DNA of 63,982 nt, filler included, from Hausera hauseri (Eukaryota), in the NCBI GenBank assembly GCA_046269625.1. It is 12 parts of 12 records of this genome, joined end to end, with 100 filler letters (N's around TTAATTAATTAA, not from the genome) between each part and the next. Parts side by side here need not be neighbours in the genome. Positions count along the whole stretch, not along the records: positions 36,127 to 44,310 come from JBJURY010740986.1; positions 44,411 to 50,576 come from JBJURY010131539.1; 10 more parts are not named here. One strand, written 5' to 3'. Below, piece after piece: positions 36,271 to 49,525 of the stretch. The position numbers and the translations under genes were made by a program. Every line of letters begins with the position of its first letter. Within the stretch, counting starts at the first letter, position 1. Under the pieces are notes generated by a model that was given only the letters and a program-made list of their open reading frames with translations, was not told the DNA's origin and ran no database searches.

Positions 36271-38185
36271 GGTCGACATTTTTTGCGTATGTATAAATTT
36301 TCTTGGTGTATACGAAATGTTGAAAAGTTCGTCTAAAAATTGTCCGTTTTTAGCCACGAAATTCACCCACAATAAAACGACACTATATACAGTACATTTC
36401 AACGATAACCAGTGAAACAATAAAAGTCGAGAAGTTTCCTCAAAAATATGAATATATACACAAACGCATCATTTAGACGCAAAACGCATTTGAATACAGA
36501 AAAATCTTTCGAGTAATGGTACACATAGTTAGTCCTAACAGCCGAGTACTCGTCGGAGAACTTATAATCGCGTGTAGTTTTGAGTATGCCGGAAAAGTTT
36601 TTGTAAACAGCAGAATAAAGTACGCCGGTTCAAGTGCATCAGTAAATCACAAATACATTTATTTGCTGATGAAATGGTAATATCGAAGACGAGTTCCAAA
36701 AAATATAATACTGAACGATAAAGAATCTTACATTGACATCAATAATTCGAACAATGTCATTACCACGAGAAACGAGTTGAACACACTTACGTGGCTAGTC
36801 AAACATAAACGATCTGTCAAAACTGCTACATTCAGTGCACCTCATCATTCAATCGTGATAAAATTTAATGCCGCAACGAAACGTAATAAACGACCTATTT
36901 ACATCACCCCCAACTCTGTCCGTCCTTTCCTAACTAAATGCCAATTACAAAATGAACTAACTCGTTGCTAACAGCCGATCATATTCACGCTTATACTGAC
37001 ACTAAACAAAGTAACAAGTCGACACTACGAAACCGTATTCTTATGTTATTCATTTCCGGATGACTGTTTCTCATGTCCCCTGTACGTACCTCCTCTGTAG
37101 ATTCTGTCAATAATCACCATCACACTGGATACAGCGGACCCACAATTGAACTTAGTTTTGCCTCCAAGAACCGACATCCGCGCCTTCACAATGAAATTGA
37201 CATCCGTACTGATGTGACATTCAACAACAACAACACTGATAATAAAACCAACATTCGTAATACATCGAATATACCACACGGCAGCATAACCCTTTCTCAA
37301 AATGTCACAGACAAATGTCAGCCATACGTAAAGAAATTCTTCACTTTTCGATTCCTGAAACAACCGAAATCTCGTCAACAATGAATTAATAGACGAATAC
37401 GGTCACAATACCACTTTCGCCAACTTGGACAATTGTGCAATTAAAAATAAAAGGGATTTAAACAGAAATTTTACATCCTGCATACCCATTGATAGCGTCA
37501 CCACAAATATTCGAGAGACTCTTCTGTTGATTTTAGACCACATTCAAACGCAGCGAGTAAAGACCGATCGAATCCGATGATTCAATGAAGTAATCGAGGA
37601 TAATTTAAAGGATGTGGAAACGACATTGACGCTACTGGCACATATTAAAACGACTCACGACGTTTCGTATAACGCAAAAAATGCGAATATACTAAACTAC
37701 AACAAACAATTTCGAATAACTCCGATAAAACGTTCGACGCCTCCACAACTCTCACTCAGCTTATCTACAGTTTAACTTATTCTGCTCATCCTAGTTATGC
37801 ACTACGTCACGTCATCACATCCACCATCCGAGAATACGTACGCATCACAGATCTCAAACAGAAAACATTCACATTAGACACTGTAACTATGATGGAGATC
37901 GACGGAAGGGGGAGTTGACCACCCCGAAATTTCGGATTCCACGCGGCGGCACTGAATTTCCGGCCGCTCGCCCTAAGTCATTAGATCGGACAGCACGGTT
38001 CACGGGGACCCCACAACTCGCCCCTGGTTACACATCACCTCATTTTTTCTTTTCTTTTTTTAAATAATTTACTCATTCACTCTATCAAGACATCTTAAAT
38101 AAACAATACACAAATTTATAACATCAATGTACCTTCATCTGTTCATCTGACTTTTACGTCATACAACGTCTCTGACTTACCTATC

Positions 38186-41100
38186 GCTGGGACCCTAAAT
38201 CCTTTTTCACTTCATATCTACCTCCATATACACTTTTGCATCCGTCGTGGCATGAATTCATTGCCAACCATAGACACAATGGATAAATTCACCACGAAAC
38301 CAAAGCCCGTTATACTACTCCAAAATTCACTATTAGTACTCCTCCTGCTAATAACACATCAATTCCTACTTCTTCTGCTCCTTTCTTTCACTGCACAAAA
38401 TTCTTTGTCGACAACAAAGGTTTCAGCAAACCTGGTTGCAATTTCATCAACTCTGCTTACAAGCAAACAACGTAACCGATTCTTTAACGAAAGTATACAA
38501 CCTCCTTTTCTTACTCTCTAACACTATCAAACACGAATTCATAACATCATCCAAATCTTCGAACTGCGTCATCCGTATTCACAACTCTTCAACGCCGTTC
38601 TTATGATCTCAGATCCCTCAATGGACATTATCATACAACACTTCTTTTATGACATCGCCATAGGTACACAACGACCATCAGACTCCTTACTCAGTTCTTT
38701 GGCACACCTGCAAACCCTCAGCGTTACAAAAGAACATAATCCAGAACTGCTTCGTCATTACCTTCTCAACGCGTTGCCCATCCAAATTCGGGCCCCACTT
38801 ACCGTCATGGAGAACTCCACGGCTCTTGAAAAATGGCTGAATTATCCGGCAAGACACACAATGTTTTGAACTTAAACTCTCCATTAGTCGTTTCGGCGGC
38901 AGTTGCTGCAAATGGTATCCAAAGTAACAACGAAACGATAGAACAACAACCAAATTAGCTACGTGCTGAAAATACAGTACTGCACGCAACAATTAACAAT
39001 ATTAATAATAAATTAAATCAGCTTTTGTTGTCCCGCGGAAGAGATTTTGACGCTGATCGCACAAATTCTGTACCTAGAAACCGGTCACCATTACCCGCGC
39101 AATCGTCTGTCTACTATTATCACAGCAAATTCAATGAAAATGTCAAAAATGCTGCCTAGTGTGAAGATTTTACAATAAAAGCTTCTTTTCGGACACCGTT
39201 GTTTGCATTTACCACGCAAAGTTTAAAAATCAAGCTCACAAATGCATCCCAGGCTGCACTTTCAAACCCGATACGAACGACGGACGTGCTACCTTTCCTT
39301 CTAATAGCCGTCCTAGTTCACTTAAAAAAAACTAAGTTCGCCGCCAGAATTCACGGCAAACTCTGGCAAAGGCACTACTTTACTTTCTGAACGCCGACAC
39401 GTCTCTTTTGCTGTCTTTACTCTAAAGGCTCCAATCACCGCTCCTACAACGCAATCCGTTGACTTCCTCATTGATACAGGTGCAGCGATTTTTTTATTAC
39501 CACAAACTTTTCCTGTACCAAATTCACCATTCAGAATTAAGCCCTTATACACCGCTTCAGGTCAATCGCTGCACATTTCTGGCATGGCTAAACTATCTTT
39601 TATCTTACCAAAGTTTCCTTCACCTTTCCACTGGATATTCACAGCTGCTAACGTCCAGGCGGCAATTCTAGGGTCCGATTTTCTATCACATTATAATTTA
39701 CTGGTTGACTGCAGTCAACGATATCTGAGGAGCGGCATCACTGGCAGCGTTAATGAGCATATCAATAGCATTTCGACTACTGCTCAGTCTATAGAGACGC
39801 GGAGATCAATTTTGAGAAAACCAAAAACTACTTTGAATTTTCGTAATATTTCACTCCGTAAATTTTTAAATAATAATATTGAAATCCAGTCGAGGTTCGA
39901 TGTCTCCAATTGTGGTACTGTCACCAACGTTAATTTACTTGACGAAATCACTTCATTCAACACCATTTTCAATTCCACCATCTTACACCAAATACTACTT
40001 GACTGCACATCACCAAACAATTCACAAATTGCATCCGCTACTACTCAAACTGTTTCATCATCATCACCGAATCTCTCACAGTTGCCTATAACTTTACAGC
40101 AATTCGTCAACACATCATGTCCACGAATACTCAAAAAATATCGTACGTTTACTCCTGCAAACAGCACTGTACATCACATAATTACACAGCATCAACGACC
40201 AATATGCCAAAAGGTACGACCATTGTTACCTCGTCGTAGGCAGGCCGTAGAAGCCAAATTTCTTGAACTTGAACACTCCGGCATTGTACGCCATTCCAAA
40301 TCTCCTTGGTCGTCAACTTTACACATTGTACAAAAAAGGACGACACTTTTAGACCATGTGGTGACTACCGCCAGTTAAACAACTTGACGATGATGGATGC
40401 GTACCCCTTACCACTCATCATGGACATGTTACATCGCCTTAATTAAACTACCATTTATTCGACCATCGATTTGGCCAAAGCATACCACCAAATACCTGTG
40501 GCACCCGAAGACATAGAAAAGATTGCTGTCACTACTCCTTTTGGCCTTTACGAGTACCCGTTTATGTCATTCGGTTTGCGAAATGCCGTGCAGACCTTTC
40601 AGCGACATATCGATTTGATTCTCTCAGATTTTCCGTTCGCACACCCTTACATTGATGATATTCTGATCGTTTCGTCTTTAGACAAAACAACATGAGGAAC
40701 ATCTTCGCGCAATATTCCAACGCCTTAACCACTATAATCTCCAAGTCAATTTCGAAAAATGTCATTTTTTCAAAAAGCGCATCAATTTTCTGGGCCACAT
40801 TATTTCACTAGACGACCACTCTCCTCAACTAAACCGAGTTGAAGCCCTTAAGAATATCCAGTTACCACGTATGACCACTGAAATGCGCAATTTCCTTGGT
40901 ACTCTAGACTTTGTACATAAATATGTACCATATTGTTCTGAACTGATAGAACTATTTGCACACTTAAGTTGCGGCAAAAAACTTCAGACAATTCAGTGGA
41001 CACCTGCATTGGTTGATAAGTTTGATAAGCTACGCGAAGGAATTAAGACCGTCGACGTTCTCGCTTTCCCCAAGCCTGACGCGGAACTTATCCTTACCAC

Positions 41101-43203
41101 AGACGCTTCAGCCACTGCGGTAGGTGCTGTGATTCACCAAATCCACAAAGGAGAAAACCAACCGCTAGAATTTTTCTCTCGCAAGTTAACATCCCCTGAA
41201 ACTAGATATTCGACGTTCGATCGAGATTTATTGGCCATCGTTCTCGCTTTAAAGCATTTGTCCAACCTACTTGTCCCTCGCAATTTTACCATACCAACCG
41301 ATCACAAACCCTTACTTAACATCATGGTTATGAAACATTCTTCCATACGCCAAGAACGACAGATATCATATTTATCGACATTTAACTTCGACATAAAACA
41401 CATCAATGGGGTTAATAATTTGGTTGCCGATTTTTTATCCAGGTCGGTTAGTTCGATTAATTTTTCACCAATCTTTACGCAAGCACAACTTCAACAAAAC
41501 CAGCCACCTCAGGACATGCTTAATTCTTTCAAGTTTTGCACAATTCTTGACGACATGGCATTAGATACTTCCAAACCCGGTCATTCCGTAATAATTCTTG
41601 CACTATCATTGCAAAGGCAAGCATTTAATAGTGTACATTCGCTACACTACCTTGGTGCTAAAGCCACTTTTTGTTTACTCCACAAACAAGTAATTTGGTG
41701 GTCAATGCGTTCTGATGTGCATTCATGGGTTAAGGAGTGTGTGTCTTGCCAAAAATACAAAACAACTAAGCATTTAAAGCCACCACTATTCCACTTTCCC
41801 TGCACATCGCGTTTTGAATCCGTGCATATTGACATCGTCGGACCTCTTCTTCCAGACAACAATCAATTCATTCTCACCATGATGGATTGTTCCTCGCGAT
41901 GGCCAGAAGCCATCCCTCTGCGGAGCACAAATACCGACACTATAGCTGACATTTTTATTCGTACATGGATTAGCAGGTTTGGATCACTTCGTTTCATCAT
42001 CACGCACCAGGGTCCACAGATTGAATCCAACCTGTTCAAATCCCTTGTTAACCGACTGGGCATCCATCACATACATACTACGTCTTAACATCCCCAATTG
42101 AATGGCCTGCTAGAACGCTTCCACCGAACATCGAAAACGCCACTAAGAATCTTTGCAGAGTCCAACACTAGTTGGACGAATCTTCTTCCGTTTGTTCTGC
42201 TCGGCTGGCGGAACATTCCGTCTACTTCTACAGGATGCTCACCTACTGAAGCCTCATTCGGAGCTCCTATACAATCATTATTTGAACTTACTGTCCTGGA
42301 TGACACTCCCACAGATGAGACGATACGGGCAGCGCAAAATCACTTTGTTACGGTCAGCAAAGATTCGTTCTGAAGGTTACTCCATAAAGACAAAACATAT
42401 TTACCCGAAGATTTGTATTCGGCAAAATTCGCATGGCTAAAGAATCAAACGCCGTGCGTTTTTCAGCCGCGGTATCTGGGGCCCTATAAATTGGTACAAT
42501 TGCATTCACATAACGCCATTATTTCCAAAGACGGCAATAAACTTACAATACATATTACCAACTTAAAGCCCGCCTTCTTCGTCGATGACACTTCACCAAT
42601 CGATACGTCAACCCCTTTGCTCACTCCTACACTTCTTATTATTCCTATTTCTATCGCTACATCTGTTCCACCTCCTCCTTCTGCTTCTAGTTCTTCTTCA
42701 TCATATTCCACGCTTTCTCCTTCTATTCCTATCTGTCTTCCTATCTCTACCACTACCTCTGTTTCATCTACTTCTACTCTTTCGCCTAAAACTTTTCCAA
42801 TTTCCACGCCAACTTTTGTCTCTCCTCCTTCACCCACCACTGCACCTTTTTTCAGTCCATTGTCTTCTAACTCTCTTTCGAACACCTTCAACCATCTATC
42901 TTTAACAATCTCTGTTCCTCCTTCACCTTATTCTTCTCTTCATTCTGATTCGCCTTTGCACGACACAACACTTACAACAAAATCTGACAATATTTTTCCC
43001 TAGCTTCAACCTCTGCAAGCAAACAGACTGCATAAATACAAAATACGCAGAGTCACATTTAGCATGTATAGCAGGGGAAAATCAGTAGAAGGCACCCAAC
43101 GTCTTGTTCACACTATGACCAGCTGACACAGACACTTTTTCGTTTAGCGATTTTTTCTTTCCATCTTTTTTGATCTTTATAGCTTTTATTTTGCCACGGG
43201 GGG
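38186..43203 (+). mobile_element. near full-length decayed Ty3/Gypsy internal region (gag-PR-RT-RH-IN, S/P/T tail, PPT)
   Basis: Gag with CIYHAKF..AHKCIPGC knuckle, [58 protein letters not shown]; PPT CCACGGGGGG at 43194-43203 with no LTR after it. Confidence 0.93.
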
Positions 43204-44584
43204 TATTATTTATCATGTTAATTGAAGGGGCGAAATCCAGACGTGGCTCTGTTTGTTTCTCCACTAAAAACAAATCAAATGTGCATAACCTAGCTCCGAA
43301 CGAATTTCTCGCGATTAACATTGTCTTTTTATTTTAGATTCAATTACCAAAAACATTGAGATTTGTGGAATTTGAGAACAAAATAAATGATCTGAAATTT
43401 CCGTTATTCTGTAACTGTGCTTGTAATAAATGAGTCGACTATGTAAAATCCTCGTAAAGATTGAATTATGATTAAACACAGAATCTTTGAAATTGAAAAG
43501 AAAATAAATTGTTCAAAATTGGGTATGAAGATTCAAATTCGCACTATAAACTTTTTATTATTAAAGCAAAATTTTTTAAAACATTTAAAAGTAGGTCACA
43601 ACAAATGCCGTTTAAAAAGGGCCAACGAATTCGGCAACATAAACAAGTATAACAAATGGAAAAATTACGTTGGAGAAACATGGAAAGCGAATTAGTAGCG
43701 TGTCCAATAACTTTTAACAACCATTTGAAATTTGATCAGCGGAGATTGTTTTTAAATTAAAAAGGAAAAATTCTTCAAGGATCACTTACACTAAATCGTC
43801 AAGCGATACTGCTGTTTTTGGCTAAATTTTGATAGATAACACAAGACAACCCAACGGCAATTTCCTTTGTATAATCATTACGATCTGTATCATACAGTCA
43901 AACTTCCAAACTTCTACCATTTGCTTTACACAAACAACTTCAACATTCTTTGTCAAAACATTCAGGAAATATTTTATCAATTGATTATGTATAGTAACAT
44001 CCCATTTATCCTCCGTGTTTCAAACTATACACACATCGTTTCATTAAAGATCCTGCATTTACAACTATCTCTGAATATATCCAATTTAATTTGCAAGGGG
44101 TATTCTCTTTTACGAAATTATCTTTAATACAATTTACGTAAATCGGTAATTATTATAATACAATAAACATGGCCTATCTCAACAATATTTAACGAAAAAA
44201 GATTCTGTTTGTCAATGCCAATCAATTATCACATTCTCCATTTTTTTATCGTAGGGTCTTCCATTTCCCTGCAGCCGGATCGTATACACTGACTACGTAA
44301 TCCACTGGCTNNNNNNNNNNNNNNNNNNNNNNNNNNNNNNNNNNNNNNNNNNNNTTAATTAATTAANNNNNNNNNNNNNNNNNNNNNNNNNNNNNNNNNN
44401 NNNNNNNNNNGTGCTGCTGTAAGAAATTATCGATGTCGTAATTGGAAATGAGTGCTGGATTCTACGCCTTCTTGGCCATACTTACTCTGTTGGAATAAAA
44501 ATAAACGTTAATCCTAAGACAGATCATCGTTTTGAAGCAAAACACTTTTTTTGTCTGATGATAGGGTAAACCGATTTGTAGTTG

Positions 44585-46150
44585 TTAGGTTATGCTGTCA
44601 TAAAGTCCGTCTCGGTGTTCGTTTACCCATTTATCTCCTTTCTGAATTTTACAGCGCTTATTACAATTTTTGGAAAGTATAAAAATCGTCGCTGTTATTA
44701 TGACAAGAACGAAAATTGAGAAACTGAATTTAGCTATTATCAGTAAGTTATTTGGCTCAATAGAACTTTTCGTAGTAAGCACATTTTGGATACTAGGATC
44801 TTTATATCGCTTTATTTCAATTTCGTTTCCAAGAGTTTGTACTGTAAAAGTTTTAGGGTTTTTACCCTTTGCGGTGATTTTGACTATATAGTCATGTTGC
44901 GGTCGTAATGACCTGCATTCAGTTTCCTGACTCTTCTTTCTCAGGATCACAACTTGGTTGGTGTGCAGGGTGCGGCATTCAATTTTGACGTCTTGATTTA
45001 ACGTCTCTTTGGCGAAAAATAGAATTTTATCGCTTTTCGCCAAAATCTTAACCGGTATGCTTCCCGGCATTTCATCTGAAGTGACTATCGTAGTAGTGAG
45101 GTTGTACTCGGGACAGTGGACGGTCTTCCCGTAGTGGTTGGAAAGGGAAGCTTCCATATTCCGTTTTTTGGGCGATATCCCCGTAAATAGGTACTTTGCT
45201 CTCCGGGCTACGTATTATACAAATCGAATTGCAGCTGATACTCTTGTCCTAGTTGTAGTACACAGCACACAGTAGATCGGCGTCTGGGCAAATAACAGTA
45301 TTCCGGAATAGGAATTGAAGCATTTAATGGTGTAAATCGGACAGAAATTTGTCTGTCTCCAGGCAGTTCCACCTTAGTTTTGATTCGAATACATTGGTTT
45401 TTTAAGTCCTTTGAAATCCCAATAATGTTATAGTCTAAGAGTCTTTTAAATGGGTCAGTGCTTCGGATTATTTCGTCCGTCTTGGCTTGATTTGCGTCTT
45501 TCCGTAGAGGCATTCTTAGTTAGAGTTTCGTAATTATGTAGGCTTGAGCTCCAAACTGATTGTAATAAAACATTTGAAATCCGTACCCGTAGGCTTGTCC
45601 AAAATCCAAATTACAACATCTTTTGTGATGTCTGTACGGAAAATCGCACGTTCTCATCTTGTTTCCGGTTACAAATATTATTTGAAAATTTACGTGGCTC
45701 TGAATAGGTTTGCTTGCTTAAAACCATGCACATGGTTTGCTCCAATCCATATCGTGTACTCTAAGTGAGTGTAAGTTTTGGATATCCCTTTGTTTTTTCG
45801 CATATTGTAATTTTTCGATCTGAGTGATCGGTACATACGAAGCAATTAACGATAAGGCCACGACTATTTGCACATACGATATTGGTCTAGTCACTATCGA
45901 CGACGCTTTCTTTTCTTTATTTGTTTTGTTTTGACGCAAATTATAGCGTTTGTCTGGTCTTATTTCCGTATTAACTACTCTCTGGATTGATACGACCTCT
46001 TCCTTGCCGTTTTTATTTATATAAACTGTGGTTGGTGTAACCTTGGCAACTTCAAAAGGTCCTCTGCCTGTTCTAGTAAGTTTGAGAGATGTGCCTTTCT
46101 TCGCCACTGTATATTGTACGTAAACCCAGTTTCCTGGTTCTAAGTCGTGT
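44585..46150 (-). pseudogene. env-position extension of Gypsy Pol: signal-like segment, 3 FN3-like repeats, TM helix
   Basis: In frame after the integrase SH3-like end (GPFEV..VVSIQRV..RYNLR): VQIVVALSLIASYV; CDFPYRHHKRCCNLDFGQAY; CYLPRRRSTVCCVLQLGQEY; after a frameshift CRSLRPQHDYIVKI and TM FSFSIFVLVIITATIFIL. Confidence 0.7.
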
Positions 46151-46153
46151 GGT

Positions 46154-49100
46154 TTAGCCTTCTTTAGATAGTTCCTTGGCTATTTCCCAACATTTGTGCA
46201 ATCTCGATTGTAATACTTCGACAAAGTTTTGCTCTAAATCTTCCGTTCTTGTTGTGTATGGAATTAATCCTAAGTCCATAGGCAATACAGCTTCTCTGCC
46301 ATACATCATGAAAAATGGAGTGAATCCTGTCGTGGAATGTGGAGTATTATTAATTGCAAACTGTGTACCTTCTAAGAACTCATCCCAATCTTTCTGGTCC
46401 TTTGCGACTACAGTCGATAAGATTCTTATAACGGTTGCGTTCATTCGTTCAACCATTCCATTACATTGGGGATGATAAGCTGCAGTAGTAAGTCGTTCAC
46501 TTTCAAAAATTTTGGTAATTTTGTCGAACAATTCACTCGTGAAGTTTCTTTCTCTGTCTGTCAAGATTTGTTCGGGTGGCCCATATCTGAAAATGATTTT
46601 TTGGACTACCGCTTCGGCCAAGGTCTCGGCCTTTTGGTCTAATAACGCTATAAGTTCGACGAAATAAGTCAATCGGTCTACACAGGTTAAAATATATTTG
46701 TTATTCTTGTGGGTTGTAGGCAATGGTCCTACAATATCCATAGACATTGCTTGCATTGGTCTATCGGACACGTCGATAGGCTTAAGTTCGGCGATGTAAC
46801 TTTTTACTTTTATTTGTTTGGTTGCGCATACTTCGCAAGCATTTACCCAATTTTTCACATCAATGTAAATGCTTGGCCAATAATATTTATTCAAGATTCT
46901 TTCTAGGGTCTTTTTTCACGACATGTGTCCGGCTAAATACGAATCGTGTTCGGCCATTAGTACTTCTGAATGCAATCCTTTTGGTATGACTATCAATTTT
47001 CGTCCTTTTCGTTCGTAGTATAACACATTTTCGTGGTTCAAATCTCCAGCGACGCAGTATTTGTGATCATATCGTCGTAGATGTTTCCGTAACTGATGAC
47101 CTTTGGTGTTACCTTGGTATCAACGTACTCGATAATCTGTTGTATAACCTTGTCTTTTCTCTGTTCGACAGCAATCTTCAATGCATTATCCAGTGTAAGA
47201 GTTCGTTGTCTTTCTACTAAGTCTTCAAGGTGGGCTTTTATCATTACCGTAACTGCGCTTGTTTTGGTTTTAAGCCTCGATAATGCGTCGGCATTGACAT
47301 GTTTATTTCCGGGTTTGTATTGGAATTCAATATTGTAACGTGAGATTTCCTCAATCCATCTGTTAAGTCTACAGGTTGGATTATTCGCCCTACCCTCTAA
47401 GGTCGTCACTGCCTTATGATCGGTAACAATTATGATCTTTTGTCCATGGACGTACACGTTAAAATGTCGCAGCGCTTCTTTTACCGCTTGTGTTTCTAAC
47501 TCCGTAATGGAATAATTCTTCTCTGCTTTCTTTAAGGAACGTCCTCCGTATGCAGTTGGGTGTTCTAATTCATTGTCTTCTCGTTTTTGGTCCAGTTCAT
47601 ATCCGATACCTTCCTTACTTGTGTCTGTTTTGATTATGAACGGTAGGTTAAAGTCGGGTTTCCGTAGAACAGGTTCACTAGTTAGAATCTTTTTCATTTC
47701 GTCAAAAACTTTTTGTTATATATCGGTCCATTTCCATTTAATCCCTTTTTTGAGTAAGCGGTATAAAGGTGCGTTTATCTGGTACGTAGGTTGCATAATA
47801 CCCACATAGCCCCAACCAGTGTCTTAATTCCTTTTGATTTTGAGGTTCCATACAATCCAATATCTTACTCAATAATGATTTATCCGGTTTCGATCCTCCT
47901 TCTCCAACTATATGTCCAAGATACGATACAGCATTCTGAGCCCGTTTGCATTTCTTGGGATTCAATTTTAATCCAGCCTGCTTCAGTCTCATGAGTGTAC
48001 CTTCAATATCCTTTAGGTGATCTTCTTCCGTTTTCGACGCAATCATAACGTCGTCCAAGTAAGAGAATGCATGTTCCAATCTCATTAGCATCTTATTCAT
48101 CATGCGCGTAAAAATGGCTGGTCCGGTAGTTATTCCAAATGGCATAACATTAAATTTGTATATCCTGTCGTGTGTCTCAAATGCCGTTTTGTAGCGATCT
48201 TCCTCCTCTATCTCTACTTGCCAATATCCAGATTGTAAATCGAGCGTGGTAAACCATTTAGATCCCGAAAGTTTGTCCAAAGCTTCCTTTACCGATGGTA
48301 ACGAAAAAGAGTCCTTCATCATAAGTGTATTTAATGCTCGATAGTCGATACAAAATCGGTTCTTACTGGTACCTTTCTTCTTAACCATAAGTATAGGCGA
48401 GTACCAAGATCGGTAGCTTGGTCTTATTATGTCGGCCTTTAGTATTCGTTCAACCTCTTTGGTTATCTCTGGCCTTAACGAATGTGGAGGAGGATACAAT
48501 TTCGGCATCTTTTGATCCTCAAGATCTATTTCCTCGTTGGAACCAGGCTTTTTCTTAAGCGGAATCGTAAGTCTTAGGGCTCTGGCTCGGCCAATGTCTT
48601 CTTCGTTTCTCGCGATAATTGAGCTGTAGTGGCAAAGTATTTTATAAAATCGACAATATGATTCCGGTGAAATTTTAGTCTCAACATGGAGTGGAAATTC
48701 GGCACCCTTATACGGTTTCTCTTGTATAGTGATTGACGATACTCGGTACGCGTGTCCCAACGTGGTATTGGCATACAGTTTGATCGGAGTTGGTGCGTTA
48801 TTTGCTATTCTGATTGGCATGCGGCCTGTTAATACTCTTGTCAAAACCTTACTGAGCACAATATTTAGATTAAGCGATTCTTTCGGCTCGAAATATACTG
48901 GCTGATCGTCATCCTGACGTCTTTGGGCATATAGGAGTACTTCCGTTCTGGGCGGTATAGTTTCCTCCACTGGAATCCACACTTCTCCAAATTTTCGGTC
49001 TTTAGTGGTTTTAACTCCTTTTATTGGGCCTAGTTCTATCAACTTGCCGTCATTGAAATAGATTGCTATATTAGGTAGTAGTCTCAATAAGTCACACCCC

Positions 49101-49525
49101 AACACTACATCGTCCATTAATTGCTCCATTACTAAGAATTCATGATGGAAAGATTGTCCCATTATGTAAATTTCTGGTTTCCAACGGAATTTGCTTTTCG
49201 ATGATTGTCCGAAAGCTCCAGTGCTTCCTGGCTCTGTCGTAGGAGGTGGATATAATTGTTTCCGTAGGAATTGCGGTATTGAATCATATTTTATCAGTGA
49301 TATTTCGGATCCCGTGTCTATCAGTGCGTATACCTCCCAATCTTCTAATTGAATTTTTGCAAATGGTTTGCCTTTGATTACCGTACCGTAATAACTTGGT
49401 GCTGTTCTCGGATGTCTTACCGTAGACACCTTGGAACCGTTGATGGTAATTTCGGTGGTTCCAACTGGCTGTTCAACTAACTGTCTTAACTCTCCAAATT
49501 GAATATAGTTCGTTATTCGTACCAT
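46154..49525 (-). mobile_element. Ty3/Gypsy pol (PR-RT-RNase H-integrase), frameshifted; family distinct from 38186-43203
   Basis: ALIDTGSEISL, RFCIDYRALN, LDLQSGYWQV, YLDD, TDTSKEGIG, ELETQA, TDHKA, YYWP..C..C, MDIVGPLP, YHPQCNGMVERMN. Confidence 0.95.

Noticed and set aside
42484-42891. Antisense Glu/Gly/Val-rich ORF (also 10585-10926)
   Set aside because: Shadow of the pyrimidine-rich S/P/T tail; low complexity explains the lack of stops.
44550-44580. CTGATGA..hairpin as a hammerhead
   Set aside because: No GAAA core after the stem.
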